32,000 nt of DNA, from positions 2,332,543 through 2,364,542 of the forward strand of contig NZ_JBHSTI010000008.1 in assembly GCF_042660085.1 (NCBI RefSeq), given 5' to 3'. The DNA is from Longivirga aurantiaca. Lineage in GTDB: Bacteria > Actinomycetota > Actinomycetes > S36-B12 > CAIYMF01. This document shows positions 1-9,805 of this stretch, in pieces (positions within the stretch are counted from its first letter, which is position 1; each line of letters opens with the position of its first letter). A program made the translations under genes and the position numbers. The notes beneath the pieces were generated by a model. That model ran no database searches, was not told the DNA's origin, and saw nothing but the letters and a program-made list of their open reading frames with translations.

Positions 1-195
1 TACGTCTGGCTCGCGCGGATGGCCTCGATCGGCGCGGCCTCGGCCCAGGTGATCATCCAGGCGCTCGCCGTCATCAACATCATCTTCGGCCTGTTCCGCC
101 TGCCCTACGGCTGGCTCGGCCTCGTGCTCAACATCCTGATCCTGGTCATCGCGAGCGGCGCCTCGGCCAAGGCCTGGTTCAGCCGCCCGATCTGA
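1..195 (+). CDS. C-terminal fragment of a small integral membrane protein, unknown family (5' end outside window)
   Basis: Frame 1 is open from base 1 to TGA at 193-195: YVWLARMASIGAASAQVIIQALAVINIIFGLFRLPYGWLGLVLNILILVIASGASAKAWFSRPI; two hydrophobic segments. Confidence 0.6.
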   Translation, partial: YVWLARMASIGAASAQVIIQALAVINIIFGLFRLPYGWLGLVLNILILVIASGASAKAWFSRPI

Positions 196-226
196 TCGAC
201 GCCCCGCAAGGAACCCGACCCGTGCG

Positions 227-1454
<1,228 letters not shown>

Positions 1455-1615
1455 GGCGGGCTTTCTCCACTCGTCGTGCGTGCTGGGGTGCTGCCGGAGG
1501 GCAGCCGACCGCGTCCCCGCGGCCCGTGATCAACAAGGGTGAGCCTAGGGCCACCTATTCCCGTCGACGACTGGAAGCAGGGCCTCGTACGGCGTCGCCG
1601 CAGGTCAGAGGCCGC

Positions 1616-2032
1616 TCAGACGACGGTGACCGGTTCCTCGGTGACGACGCCGTCCACGATGCGGTACGACCGCAGCTCGTACGGCCCGTCCTCGCTGCCG
1701 GTCTCCCGCGTCGAGACCAGCACGTAGTGGGCCTCCGGCTCGGACGCGTAGCTGATGTCGGTGCGCGACGGGTAGGCCTCGGTCGCGGTGTGCGAGTGGT
1801 AGACGACCACCGGCACCTCGTCGTTGTCGTCCATGTCGCGGTAGAGCCGCAGCAGGTCGAGCGAGTCGAACTCGTAGAAGGTCGGAGACCGCGCGGCGTT
1901 GACCATCGGGATGAACCGCTCGGGGCGGTCGCTGCCGGCCGGGCCGGCGATCACCCCGCACGCCTCGTCGGGGTGGTCCTGGCGCGCGTGGGCCACCATC
2001 GAGTCGACCAGGTCCTGTCGGATCGTGAGCAC
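1616..2032 (-). CDS. mec: Mec: Mov34/MPN/PAD-1 (JAMM) CysO-cysteine peptidase
   Basis: VLTIRQDLVDSMVAHARQDHPDEACGVIAGP...VVVYHSHTATEAYPSRTDISYA (JAMM HSH-x-D motif). GTG start at 2032 chosen over the ORF-track start at 2101; start inferred. Confidence 0.92.
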   Translation of the reverse strand: MLTIRQDLVDSMVAHARQDHPDEACGVIAGPAGSDRPERFIPMVNAARSPTFYEFDSLDLLRLYRDMDDNDEVPVVVYHSHTATEAYPSRTDISYASEPEAHYVLVSTRETGSEDGPYELRSYRIVDGVVTEEPVTVV

Positions 2033-2225
2033 GCGCCCAGAGTACGAGGCCTGCGTGCGGGGCCCGAGGTCGCGTGACGTGCGTCGCATAAACCGCGCCA
2101 TAGGTTGTTCAACTTGCGCGGTGTGCGTCCCGGGACCACCCTGGGCGAGGCCGCGACCCAGTGCGCGGCTCCGCCGTTCCGGGAGACGACGGCATTCCTC
2201 GGCTCATGCCTGTGGAGGCTTGTCC

Positions 2226-3053
2226 ATGTCGTCCGCCGTAGAGACGCTCTCGAACGGACAGTTCCAGACCGTCTACAACGTCTTCTCCTTCGCCCTCGCG
2301 TCGATGCTCTTCACCGCGCTGTTCCTGCTGGTGTCCCAGGGCCGCGTGCTCCCCCGCTACCGCCAGGCGCTCGTGGTCTCCGCGACCGTCTGCGGCATCG
2401 CGGCCTACCACTACTTCCGCATCATCAACTCGTTCAACGAGGGCTTCGCCCCGACGGCGATCGGCGGCGACTACACGCTGACGCCGTTCGGCTTCAACGA
2501 GGCCTACCGCTACGTCGACTGGCTCCTCACGGTGCCGCTCCTGCTGCTCGAGACCATCGCGGTCCTTGCGCTCCCCCGCGCCACCCGCGCGTCCCTGCTC
2601 ACCAAGCTGATCCCGGCGTCGGTCCTGATGATCGCGCTCGGATACCCGGGCGAGGTCGCCATCGACACCCTGCCCAAGATGCTGTGGGGCGCGGCCTCGA
2701 CGATCCCGTTCCTCTACATCCTCTACGTGCTGTTCGTCGAGCTCACCAAGTCGCTCGGCCGTCAGCCCGCCGAGGTGGCTGCCAGCGTGAAGCGCCTGCG
2801 CATCCTGCTGATCGCCACCTGGGGCGTCTACCCGATCTCCTACCTGTTCCCGGTCTTCGGGCTCGACGGCGCGGACGCGTTCGTCCTGCGCCAGGTCGGC
2901 TACTCGGTGGCCGACGTCCTGGCCAAGTGCCTCTACGGCCTCGTGATCTACAAGATCGCGCGCATGAAGAGCGCAGCCGACGACCCGGTCTTCGCCGAGC
3001 AGGAGTTCGAGGAGGCGCCGTCGTCCGAGGCTCGGGCCACGGCTGCTGCCTGA
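2226..3053 (+). CDS. Microbial rhodopsin, light-driven outward proton pump, xanthorhodopsin-like
   Basis: 275 aa, 7 TM; helix C RYVDWLLTVPLLLLE (D-T-E = proteorhodopsin D97/T101/E108), AAYHYFRI (H75 equivalent), helix G YSVADVLAK (D227 and Schiff-base K231). SD GGAGG upstream of ATG 2226. Confidence 0.95.
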   Translation: MSSAVETLSNGQFQTVYNVFSFALASMLFTALFLLVSQGRVLPRYRQALVVSATVCGIAAYHYFRIINSFNEGFAPTAIGGDYTLTPFGFNEAYRYVDWLLTVPLLLLETIAVLALPRATRASLLTKLIPASVLMIALGYPGEVAIDTLPKMLWGAASTIPFLYILYVLFVELTKSLGRQPAEVAASVKRLRILLIATWGVYPISYLFPVFGLDGADAFVLRQVGYSVADVLAKCLYGLVIYKIARMKSAADDPVFAEQEFEEAPSSEARATAAA

Positions 3054-3106
3054 CCGGCACGACGCACCACTCTCCGCACCTGCGTCTCCCGGCACGGGTG
3101 CGGTCA

Positions 3107-3144
3107 GGGCGGGTCCGTCGGTCGACAGACCGACGGACCCGCCC
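3107..3144. terminator. Perfect 16-bp stem / 6-nt loop hairpin between rhodopsin and blh
   Basis: GGGCGGGTCCGTCGGT-CGACAG-ACCGACGGACCCGCCC, 53 bp after the rhodopsin stop, followed by pyrimidine-rich ACCCCTCCTTCC; no canonical U-tract. Confidence 0.7.
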
Positions 3145-3191
3145 ACCCCTCCTTCCACGCCGCACCGGCCATCCCGCAGCGAGGAGCAGCC

Positions 3192-4187
3192 ATGGCCACG
3201 GTCGTGACGACCCGCCCGCGGGAACTGGCCGCACCGCCCCTCGTCGCCGTCGTGCTCGCCGCCGGACCGGTGGCGGTCGCCCTCGCCGTGGCGTCCTCGG
3301 GCGCGTTCGCGAGCTCGGACCCCGCGGTCCCCGGCTGGGCGCCGGTCGTCGCCCTCGCGGCCCTCGTGGCCGGGGTGCCGCACGGCGCCGTCGACCACCT
3401 CGCCCTCGTCCGGTCGCCGTCAGGACGGCGGCGCCTCGAGCTGGCCGCCGTCTAACTCGCCCTCGCCGCGACGGCTGCGGCTGCCGTCGTCCTCGCCCCG
3501 GCGCCGGCGTTCATCGTCGTGCTGGCGATGTCGGTGTGGCACTTCGGCACGGGTGACGTCGCTCTCGCGGACGAGCTGGCGGGCTCGCCCCGGCGCGGCC
3601 GCGGGACGCGACTGGTCCACGTGCTCGCCGCCGGGTCGGTGCCGGTGCTGCTGCCGCTGACCTCGCCCGCCGCGACCGCCACCCTGGTGGGGCTGGAGCC
3701 CCGGCTCTCGGCCGTCACGGCGCCGGGCCTGCTGCTCGGCGTACGCGTGGCCGTGCTCGTCCTGGCCGCCACCGCGGTCGCCGTACTGCTGCGGGGGCGC
3801 CGAGTCGCCCCGGCAGGCGAGGTAGCGCTGCTCGTGCTGCTGGCTCTCACCGTGACGCCGCTGCTCGCCTTCGCGGTCTACTTCTCGGCCTGGCACGCCG
3901 CCCGGCACACGCTGCGGCTGGCGCTGGACGACCGGTCGCGGATCGACAGGGTGCGCCTGCGCACCGTCCTCCGCGACGGCCTGCCATCGCTCGTGGGCAC
4001 GCTGGCGGTGGTCGGGGCCGCGGTCGGCTCCGGGGCGACGACGTCCACCCGGGTCCTGTGGTTCGCGCTCGCCGCGGTCTGGGGGCTCACCGTGCCGCAC
4101 ATGGTGGTGGTCGGCGCCTTCGACCGGCGACGACGCAGCGCAGGCGTCAGTCCTGCTCGTCCCAGCCCGGCGGAGGCTCGGACGTGA
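3192..4187 (+). pseudogene. blh: Brp/Blh-family beta-carotene 15,15'-dioxygenase (retinal synthase), interrupted by in-frame TAA at 3453-3455
   Basis: Fragment 1 (3192-3455) has GVPHGAVDHLAL. Fragment 2, same frame, has MSVWHFGTGD and YFSAWHAARHTLR, the other His motifs of the family. Frame is open 3456-4187 apart from the single TAA. SD GAGGAG upstream of ATG 3192. May be a nonsense pseudogene, a readthrough gene or a sequencing error. Confidence 0.8.
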
Positions 4188-4740
4188 GGCCCGTGACGGC
4201 CTGGACGAGCGTCTCCTGCAGGAACGTCAGCCAGTCGTAGACGTGCACGTGCACGAACCCGGGGTCGTCCTCGTCGAGGTCGTAGAAGCCCTCGTGGTTG
4301 TCCTCGGTGAGCCCGAGCCGTGCGCCGAGGGCGAGGCGCAGGTCGTTGAGCGCACCCATCCAGGACGCGATCTCGTCGTCCGGCACGACGACCTTGCGGT
4401 CGGCCTCGGCCAGAGCACGCAGCACCGTCGCGGCATGGTTCATCTTGGTCTCGCGCAGCGACCGCTCGGTGAAGCGTCGGAACTCCGAGCTGGCCTCGTC
4501 GTCGTCGGCGTAGGCGTCGGGCAGAAGCCGCGCGAGGGCGGGGTCGTCGGGGCGCTCGGCGTCGGGGTCGATGCCGACCATCCGGGCGAGCGGGTCGGCG
4601 TCGGCGCCCCAGGGGTCGTCCTCGGGCGAGACGAGCTCGAGGACCTGGCTGACGAGCGTGGCCAGGAGCCCGCGCTCGACGTCGTCGACCTTCAGGACCA
4701 GCTTGCCCGTGGCAGTACGCCGGAAGCCGTGCACGGCCAC
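4147..4740 (-). CDS. DUF2017 family protein (conserved clpS neighbour in Actinobacteria)
   Basis: 197 aa, MAVHGFRRTATGKLVLKVDDVERGLLATLVSQVLELVSPE...WMGALNDLRLALGARLGL; ends overlapping the 3' end of blh by 41 bp. Confidence 0.85.
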   Translation of the reverse strand: MAVHGFRRTATGKLVLKVDDVERGLLATLVSQVLELVSPEDDPWGADADPLARMVGIDPDAERPDDPALARLLPDAYADDDEASSEFRRFTERSLRETKMNHAATVLRALAEADRKVVVPDDEIASWMGALNDLRLALGARLGLTEDNHEGFYDLDEDDPGFVHVHVYDWLTFLQETLVQAVTGLTSEPPPGWDEQD

Positions 4741-4741
4741 G

Positions 4742-5032
4742 TCAGTCGTCCTTCTGCAGGGTGGCCCAGAGCCCGTAGGAGTGCATCGCCGCGACGTCGA
4801 TCTCCATCTCCTCGCGGGTGCCGTTCGAGACCACCGCGCGGCCCTCGTGGTGCACGTCCCACATGAGCTTCTGCGCCTTCTCCTTGGAGTAGCCGAAGTA
4901 CTCCATGAACACGTACGTCACGTACGACATGAGGTTGACCGGGTCGTTCCAGACGAGCGTGATCCACGGCCGGTCCGGAGCGGTGATGCTCTCGGACTCC
5001 GGCCGATCGAGCTCGACCGGTGCGACTCCCAC
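4742..5032 (-). CDS. clpS: ATP-dependent Clp protease adaptor ClpS
   Basis: [77 protein letters not shown]; start uncertain (ORF track begins 5080, GTG at 5032). Confidence 0.93.
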   Translation of the reverse strand: MGVAPVELDRPESESITAPDRPWITLVWNDPVNLMSYVTYVFMEYFGYSKEKAQKLMWDVHHEGRAVVSNGTREEMEIDVAAMHSYGLWATLQKDD

Positions 5033-5097
5033 GGCGTCATCGTCGCACGGGCACGCGGCGGCGGGTGTGCGCGGCACCACGCGCGTACGCTCGCCCC

Positions 5098-6822
5098 GTG
5101 ACCGGACAGCCGCTCCCCGTCCCCCCGCGGGACCCGTCCCTCCCCGAGCCGCCGCTCCTGGCGCGCATCCGCCAGGGCGTCATCGGCGACGACACCGTGA
5201 TGCAGGGGCCGTTCGGTCCGCGCCGTGTCACGTACGCCGACTACACGGCGTCCGGCCGCGCCCTGGACTTCCTCGAGGACTTCATCCGCTGCGAGGTGCT
5301 CCCCCGCTACGCCAACACGCACACCGAGAGCAGCGGCACGGGTCTGCAGACCACCCGGCTGCGCGAGGACGCCCGCGCGATCGTGCACGACGCGCTCGGC
5401 TGCGGCGACGACGCCGTCGTCATCTTCACGGGCTCGGGCACGACCGGGGCGATCGACAAGCTGGTCGGCATCCTCAACCTGCGCATCCCCGCCGACCTCG
5501 ACCGCGAGCACGGCTTCTCGGCGCAGATCCCGCGCGACGAGCGTCCGGTCGTGTTCATCGGCCCGTTCGAGCACCACAGCAACGAGCTCCCGTGGCGCGA
5601 GTCGATCGCCGACGTCGTCACGATCCCCGAGGACGCCGACGGCCACATCGACGTCGAGCGGCTGCGCGCCGAGCTCGCGGCGTACGCCGACCGCCCGCTG
5701 AAGATCGGCTCGTTCAGCGCGGCGTCGAACGTCACCGGGATCATGACCGACGTCGACGGCATCGCCCGACTGCTGCACGAGCACGGGGCGCTGTCGTTCT
5801 GGGACTACGCCGCCGCCGGGCCGTACCTCGACATCGACATGCAGGGCGACCACGTCGACCCGCTCACGCGCAAGGACGCCATCGTCCTGTCGCCGCACAA
5901 GTTCGTGGGCGGCCCCGGCACCCCCGGTGTCCTCGCGATCCGGCGCGACCTGCTCACCAACTCGGTCCCCGTAGTCGTCGGCGGCGGCACCGTGGCGTAC
6001 GTGAACCCGGCCGAGCACGTGTACCTGGCGGACGCCGTGCACCGGGAGGAGGCCGGAACGCCGGCGATCGTCGAGTCGATCCGTGCCGGCCTGGTCTTCG
6101 ACCTCAAGCGCAACGTGGGCACCGACATCATCCGGGCGCACGAGGACGACTTCCTGCGCCGCGCCGTGGCCGCATGGAGCGCGCACCCGACCATCGACAT
6201 CCTCGGCAACCTCGACGCAGAGCGGCTCTCGATCGTGTCGTTCACCGTGCGCCGCCCCGGCGGCCGCTACCTCCACCACAACTTCGTCGTGGCGCTGCTC
6301 AACGACCTGTTCGGCATCCAGAGCCGCGGCGGCTGCTCGTGCGCCGGGCCGTACGGCCACCGGCTGCTCGGGATCGACCTCGAGAAGAGCCACGAGTTCG
6401 AGCGCGAGATCACCCACGGGTGCGAGGGCATCAAGCCCGGCTGGGTGCGGGTGAACTTCAACTACTTCGTGAGCGACGAGGTGTTCCAGTACGTCGTGCA
6501 GGCGGTCGCGATGGTGGCCGACCACGGCTGGAAGCTCGTGCCGCAGTACCGCTTCGACGTCGCGTCCGGTCGCTGGCGGCACAAGGACGGCACCGTCGAG
6601 CCGCCGTTGCGCCTCTCGCAGCTCGCCTACGTCGACGGCGAGCTGACCTACCCGCGGCACGACGACCGCGCTCCCGAGTCGGACCTGCGCCGCTACCTCG
6701 CCGAGGCGCACGACCTCATGGAGTCGCTTCCCGAGCCGGGCGAGGACGTCGACGTCACGCGCGTGAGCCCGGACTTCGAGCACCTCCGCTGGTTCGAGCT
6801 CCCCGCCGAGTGCCTCACCTGA
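5098..6822 (+). CDS. Class V aminotransferase-fold PLP enzyme (cysteine-desulfurase-like), long 574-aa form
   Basis: VTGQPLPVP...[58 protein letters not shown] (PLP Lys), [22 protein letters not shown]; GTG start inferred at 5098. Confidence 0.85.
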   Translation: MTGQPLPVPPRDPSLPEPPLLARIRQGVIGDDTVMQGPFGPRRVTYADYTASGRALDFLEDFIRCEVLPRYANTHTESSGTGLQTTRLREDARAIVHDALGCGDDAVVIFTGSGTTGAIDKLVGILNLRIPADLDREHGFSAQIPRDERPVVFIGPFEHHSNELPWRESIADVVTIPEDADGHIDVERLRAELAAYADRPLKIGSFSAASNVTGIMTDVDGIARLLHEHGALSFWDYAAAGPYLDIDMQGDHVDPLTRKDAIVLSPHKFVGGPGTPGVLAIRRDLLTNSVPVVVGGGTVAYVNPAEHVYLADAVHREEAGTPAIVESIRAGLVFDLKRNVGTDIIRAHEDDFLRRAVAAWSAHPTIDILGNLDAERLSIVSFTVRRPGGRYLHHNFVVALLNDLFGIQSRGGCSCAGPYGHRLLGIDLEKSHEFEREITHGCEGIKPGWVRVNFNYFVSDEVFQYVVQAVAMVADHGWKLVPQYRFDVASGRWRHKDGTVEPPLRLSQLAYVDGELTYPRHDDRAPESDLRRYLAEAHDLMESLPEPGEDVDVTRVSPDFEHLRWFELPAECLT

Positions 6823-6840
6823 CCTGGCGGATCCCGGCGG

Positions 6841-8694
6841 TCAGCCGACCTTGATGGCGAAGTACGCGTAGGCGCCGCGCACCGATCCGCTGCCGACGGC
6901 GTAGATGCGGTACTGGTAGGTCTTGCCCTTCGTGGTCGGCGCCCAGCGGAACGTCGCCTTGCCGTAGCGGTCGGCCGCGGCGGTGGCGACCGTCGTCCAG
7001 GTCGAACCGACGAGCACCTGGCGCTTGACCGTCTGGCCCTTGATCCACGGCTTCAGCGCGACGTTCGCCGTCACGGTCTTCCCGGACTGCACCCCGAGCG
7101 CGCTGAGGTCGAGGGTGATGGCGGTGCGCACGCTCGTGGAGTCCGACGCCGTCCCCGTGTTGCGGTCCCAGGCGCCGGCGACGTTGACCTTGTACTGCGT
7201 GGACGCCGTCACCTTGTGCTGCAGCGCGACGCGGCCGTCGGACCCTGTGGTCGCGGACGTCACGAGGCTCCAGGTCGACGTGCCGGCCGTGCGGGCGTAG
7301 AGCACGGCCCGCGCGCCCTGCACGGCGACACCGTCAGAGGTCGCCCGCGCCGCGACCGTGGCCGTCGTGCCGTACGTCGTCGTGGACGGCACGTACACCC
7401 CGACCTTCGTGGCCGAAGGCGCGAGGGTGCGCGCGTAGTCCCGCAGCGACGACCACTGCGCGGGAGCGGCGCCGTCGAGGTTCCACTGCGCGATCCCGCG
7501 CAGGCGGTACTTCTCGACGAGCTTCGCGCGGGCGAGCGCGGACGCCGCGTTGTCGTACCACCCGGTGCGGTAGACCAGGCAGCTCGTGGCGGCGCCGCCG
7601 GAGGTCGTGCCCTTGTAGCGGACCTGGTAGGTGAACTGCCACTCGGCGTTGGTCTCGCTCCAGGTGCGCACGGCCGCGGACCGGTTGATCGTGTCCGAGA
7701 TGTAGTCCGCGCTCGGGATCGCGGTGCCGGCGGCTGCCGCGGTGAACGACAGCGTGTCCCGGTAGTTCGCCGGCGTGTTGGTCGGGCAGGTGCCCACGAC
7801 CTTCGAGACGCCGTTCACCTTCACCGTCGCGTTGCGCCCGTACGCCGGGACGCCGATCTGCACCTTGCCCGACGGCACGACGGAGACGGCATGCTGCACG
7901 ATCCGCTCGACCCACGGCAGCGGCGCGATCGGACCACCGGACACCGAGTAGTCGTACGCCATGATGCGCAGGCGGTCGACCTTGTCGGCGATGCCGGCCC
8001 AGTCGTAGACCCAGTAGCCGTCGTTCCATTTCGTGCCCGAGGTCTGGGTGCGGTTGTCGGTGTAGATCGGCGGCGTGGTGACCGAGAGCAGCTTGCCGCG
8101 CGCATGCAGCGCTGCGGAGAGCTGACCGATGAACGTGACCCAGTCGGGGCGCGTGGTGTCCCAGGTCGTCACCGCGTCGTAGAACGCGAAGCCCTCGAAG
8201 TCGAGGTCGATGCCGTCGTAGTCGTTGGCCTGGACGAGCGCCACGATGCTCGAGACGAGGGCGGCGCGGCGGGTGGGGTCGTCGAGCACCTGGGCCATCT
8301 GCAGGGGTGTGGTCTTCGTCGTCATGCCGTCGGTGATGCTGGGCAGCACCTTCACGCCGGCGTCGCGCAACGCCGTCAGGACAGCGGCCTTGTTGGCGGC
8401 GTACGGCGAGCAGGCCGGGCAGGGCCTGGCCTCGTTGACGGTGGGCGACACCAGGTCCTGCGCGACGTACCAGAACGGCGACACCTCGGGCATCAGGTCG
8501 GCGTTGGCGACGGCCGCGCGGGTGCTGGCGCTCGTGGCGGAGCCGAAGTAGCCCCAGCCGGTCACGATCGGGCGCGGCGGCGCATCGGCGGCGGTCGCGG
8601 TGGTGGCGGGCACGGCGAGGCCGAGGAGGCCCACCCCGAGGGCGGACGCGAGCAGGGTCGCGAGGCGGCGGGTGCCGGTGCTGCGACGGCGCAT
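6841..8694 (-). CDS. Secreted glycoside hydrolase family 18-like protein with C-terminal beta-rich modules
   Basis: Signal peptide MRRRSTGTRRLATLLASALGVGLLGLAVPATTATAA; catalytic DGIDLDFEG (DxxDxDxE); IMAYDYSVSGG; SD-like AGGGAG upstream of ATG 8694. Confidence 0.85.
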   Translation of the reverse strand: MRRRSTGTRRLATLLASALGVGLLGLAVPATTATAADAPPRPIVTGWGYFGSATSASTRAAVANADLMPEVSPFWYVAQDLVSPTVNEARPCPACSPYAANKAAVLTALRDAGVKVLPSITDGMTTKTTPLQMAQVLDDPTRRAALVSSIVALVQANDYDGIDLDFEGFAFYDAVTTWDTTRPDWVTFIGQLSAALHARGKLLSVTTPPIYTDNRTQTSGTKWNDGYWVYDWAGIADKVDRLRIMAYDYSVSGGPIAPLPWVERIVQHAVSVVPSGKVQIGVPAYGRNATVKVNGVSKVVGTCPTNTPANYRDTLSFTAAAAGTAIPSADYISDTINRSAAVRTWSETNAEWQFTYQVRYKGTTSGGAATSCLVYRTGWYDNAASALARAKLVEKYRLRGIAQWNLDGAAPAQWSSLRDYARTLAPSATKVGVYVPSTTTYGTTATVAARATSDGVAVQGARAVLYARTAGTSTWSLVTSATTGSDGRVALQHKVTASTQYKVNVAGAWDRNTGTASDSTSVRTAITLDLSALGVQSGKTVTANVALKPWIKGQTVKRQVLVGSTWTTVATAAADRYGKATFRWAPTTKGKTYQYRIYAVGSGSVRGAYAYFAIKVG

Positions 8695-9000
8695 GTGGTG
8701 GTCTCCCTGGTCGTGGTGCGGCGAGGTCCGCGACGTGCTGCCTACTGAGTCCATCGTCGCCACCTGCTGGCGACTTGACGTCCTGGGCCGCTCAGGTGCC
8801 CGGAATGACCCTAAGAGTCCCGATTCTCAGGCGTCACGCACCCGTCCGCGTTCCGGCTCCACCCTCGCCGCCCCTGTCGTGCCGGCCCACCCGGGTGTCC
8901 GCTACCCGGAATCATCGGGCCGGCGCCGTCCGACGGTGCCCGGCGCGCTCCCCGGGTACGCGTGCGCCAGCGAGGGGCGGCGGCGACTAGCGTGCCGCGC

Positions 9001-9804
9001 ATGACGACGACTCCCGCCCTCGACCCGGGCCGTGCCGCGGCCCTCGTGGACGGCCTCGTGGCCGACCTCGCGGGCGCCGACGTGCCCGCCTCGGTCTCGG
9101 CGCATCGCACCCTGCACCGGTCGCGCCGCGCGGCCGCCCTCGGCCCGCTCGTGGTGCCGGTCAGCCGTATGGCGGGGCTGCTCGACGCCCTCGACGCCGA
9201 CCGCGCGTCCGAGCCGGTCGACCTCGTCCTGGTGGCCGATCGGGGCCTCGTCGAGGCGGCCGAGGCGCGCGCCGTTCTGCTCGACGACGACCGCGTCGCG
9301 CTCCTCGGTCTGCACCTCACGCTCCCCACCGACGGCCCGCTCGGCGACTCCGCCCGGCTCACCCTCGACTCGCTCGACTTCGCCCTGCCGGCCGCCGTCG
9401 GCGTGCCGGCCGCCCCCGGGTGGGAGCAGGCGCTCGACGTGCTCGCCGAGGACGGCGCCGAGCAGGCGCTGCTCGCCCTCACCTCGCGCGGTCCGAGCGC
9501 CGAGCACGTCGCGGAGTTCGTCGTGGCGTGCGTCCGCCGCGGGGTGTCGTTCGCCGTGGTGGGCGCGGCCGCCTCGGCGTTCCCCGGGCTGCTGGCAGCG
9601 ACCGCCGCAGCACTCGACGGGCGTGAGCCGGCGCATGTCGCCGCGGTGCTGCTCGCCGACGACCCCGCAGTCGCCCTGGCGGTGCTCGCGGACGCCGACC
9701 CCCGCGCGGTCCGACGTCGCCTCACGTCGATCGGCAGCAGCGACGCGGGCGGCACCCTCGCGCACCTCGTGTCGCTCGGGCTGCTCGCCGAGGCGGAGGC
9801 CTGA
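9001..9804 (+). CDS. Conserved hypothetical protein, 267 aa
   Basis: MTTTPALDPGRAAALVDGLVADLAGADVPASVSAHRTLHRSRRAAALGPLVVPVSRMAG...; stop one base before the next ATG suggests co-transcription; no family recognised. Confidence 0.7.
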   Translation: MTTTPALDPGRAAALVDGLVADLAGADVPASVSAHRTLHRSRRAAALGPLVVPVSRMAGLLDALDADRASEPVDLVLVADRGLVEAAEARAVLLDDDRVALLGLHLTLPTDGPLGDSARLTLDSLDFALPAAVGVPAAPGWEQALDVLAEDGAEQALLALTSRGPSAEHVAEFVVACVRRGVSFAVVGAAASAFPGLLAATAAALDGREPAHVAAVLLADDPAVALAVLADADPRAVRRRLTSIGSSDAGGTLAHLVSLGLLAEAEA

Positions 9805-9805
9805 G

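Noticed and set aside
2104-2113. GTTGTTCAAC palindrome-like site in the mec/rhodopsin divergent promoter region
   Set aside because: Half-sites of only 4 bp; could be a light or redox regulator site but unsupported by any second copy.
2109-3398. 429-aa minus-strand ORF opposite the rhodopsin
   Set aside because: Gly/Arg/Asp-rich out-of-frame translation; the rhodopsin frame fully explains the codon pattern.
3192-4187. Two independent genes (3192-3455 and 3519-4187) instead of one interrupted blh
   Set aside because: Both pieces are in the same frame, motifs of one family are divided between them in the right order, and no SD precedes the second start.
4918-6783. 621-aa minus-strand ORF opposite the aminotransferase
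   Set aside because: Antisense shadow ORF; no domain motifs, while the plus strand has clear PLP-enzyme motifs.
8810-8831. Imperfect inverted repeat CCTAAGAG...TTCTCAGG upstream of the GH18-like gene
   Set aside because: Only 6 of 8 positions pair; not distinguishable from chance in this composition.
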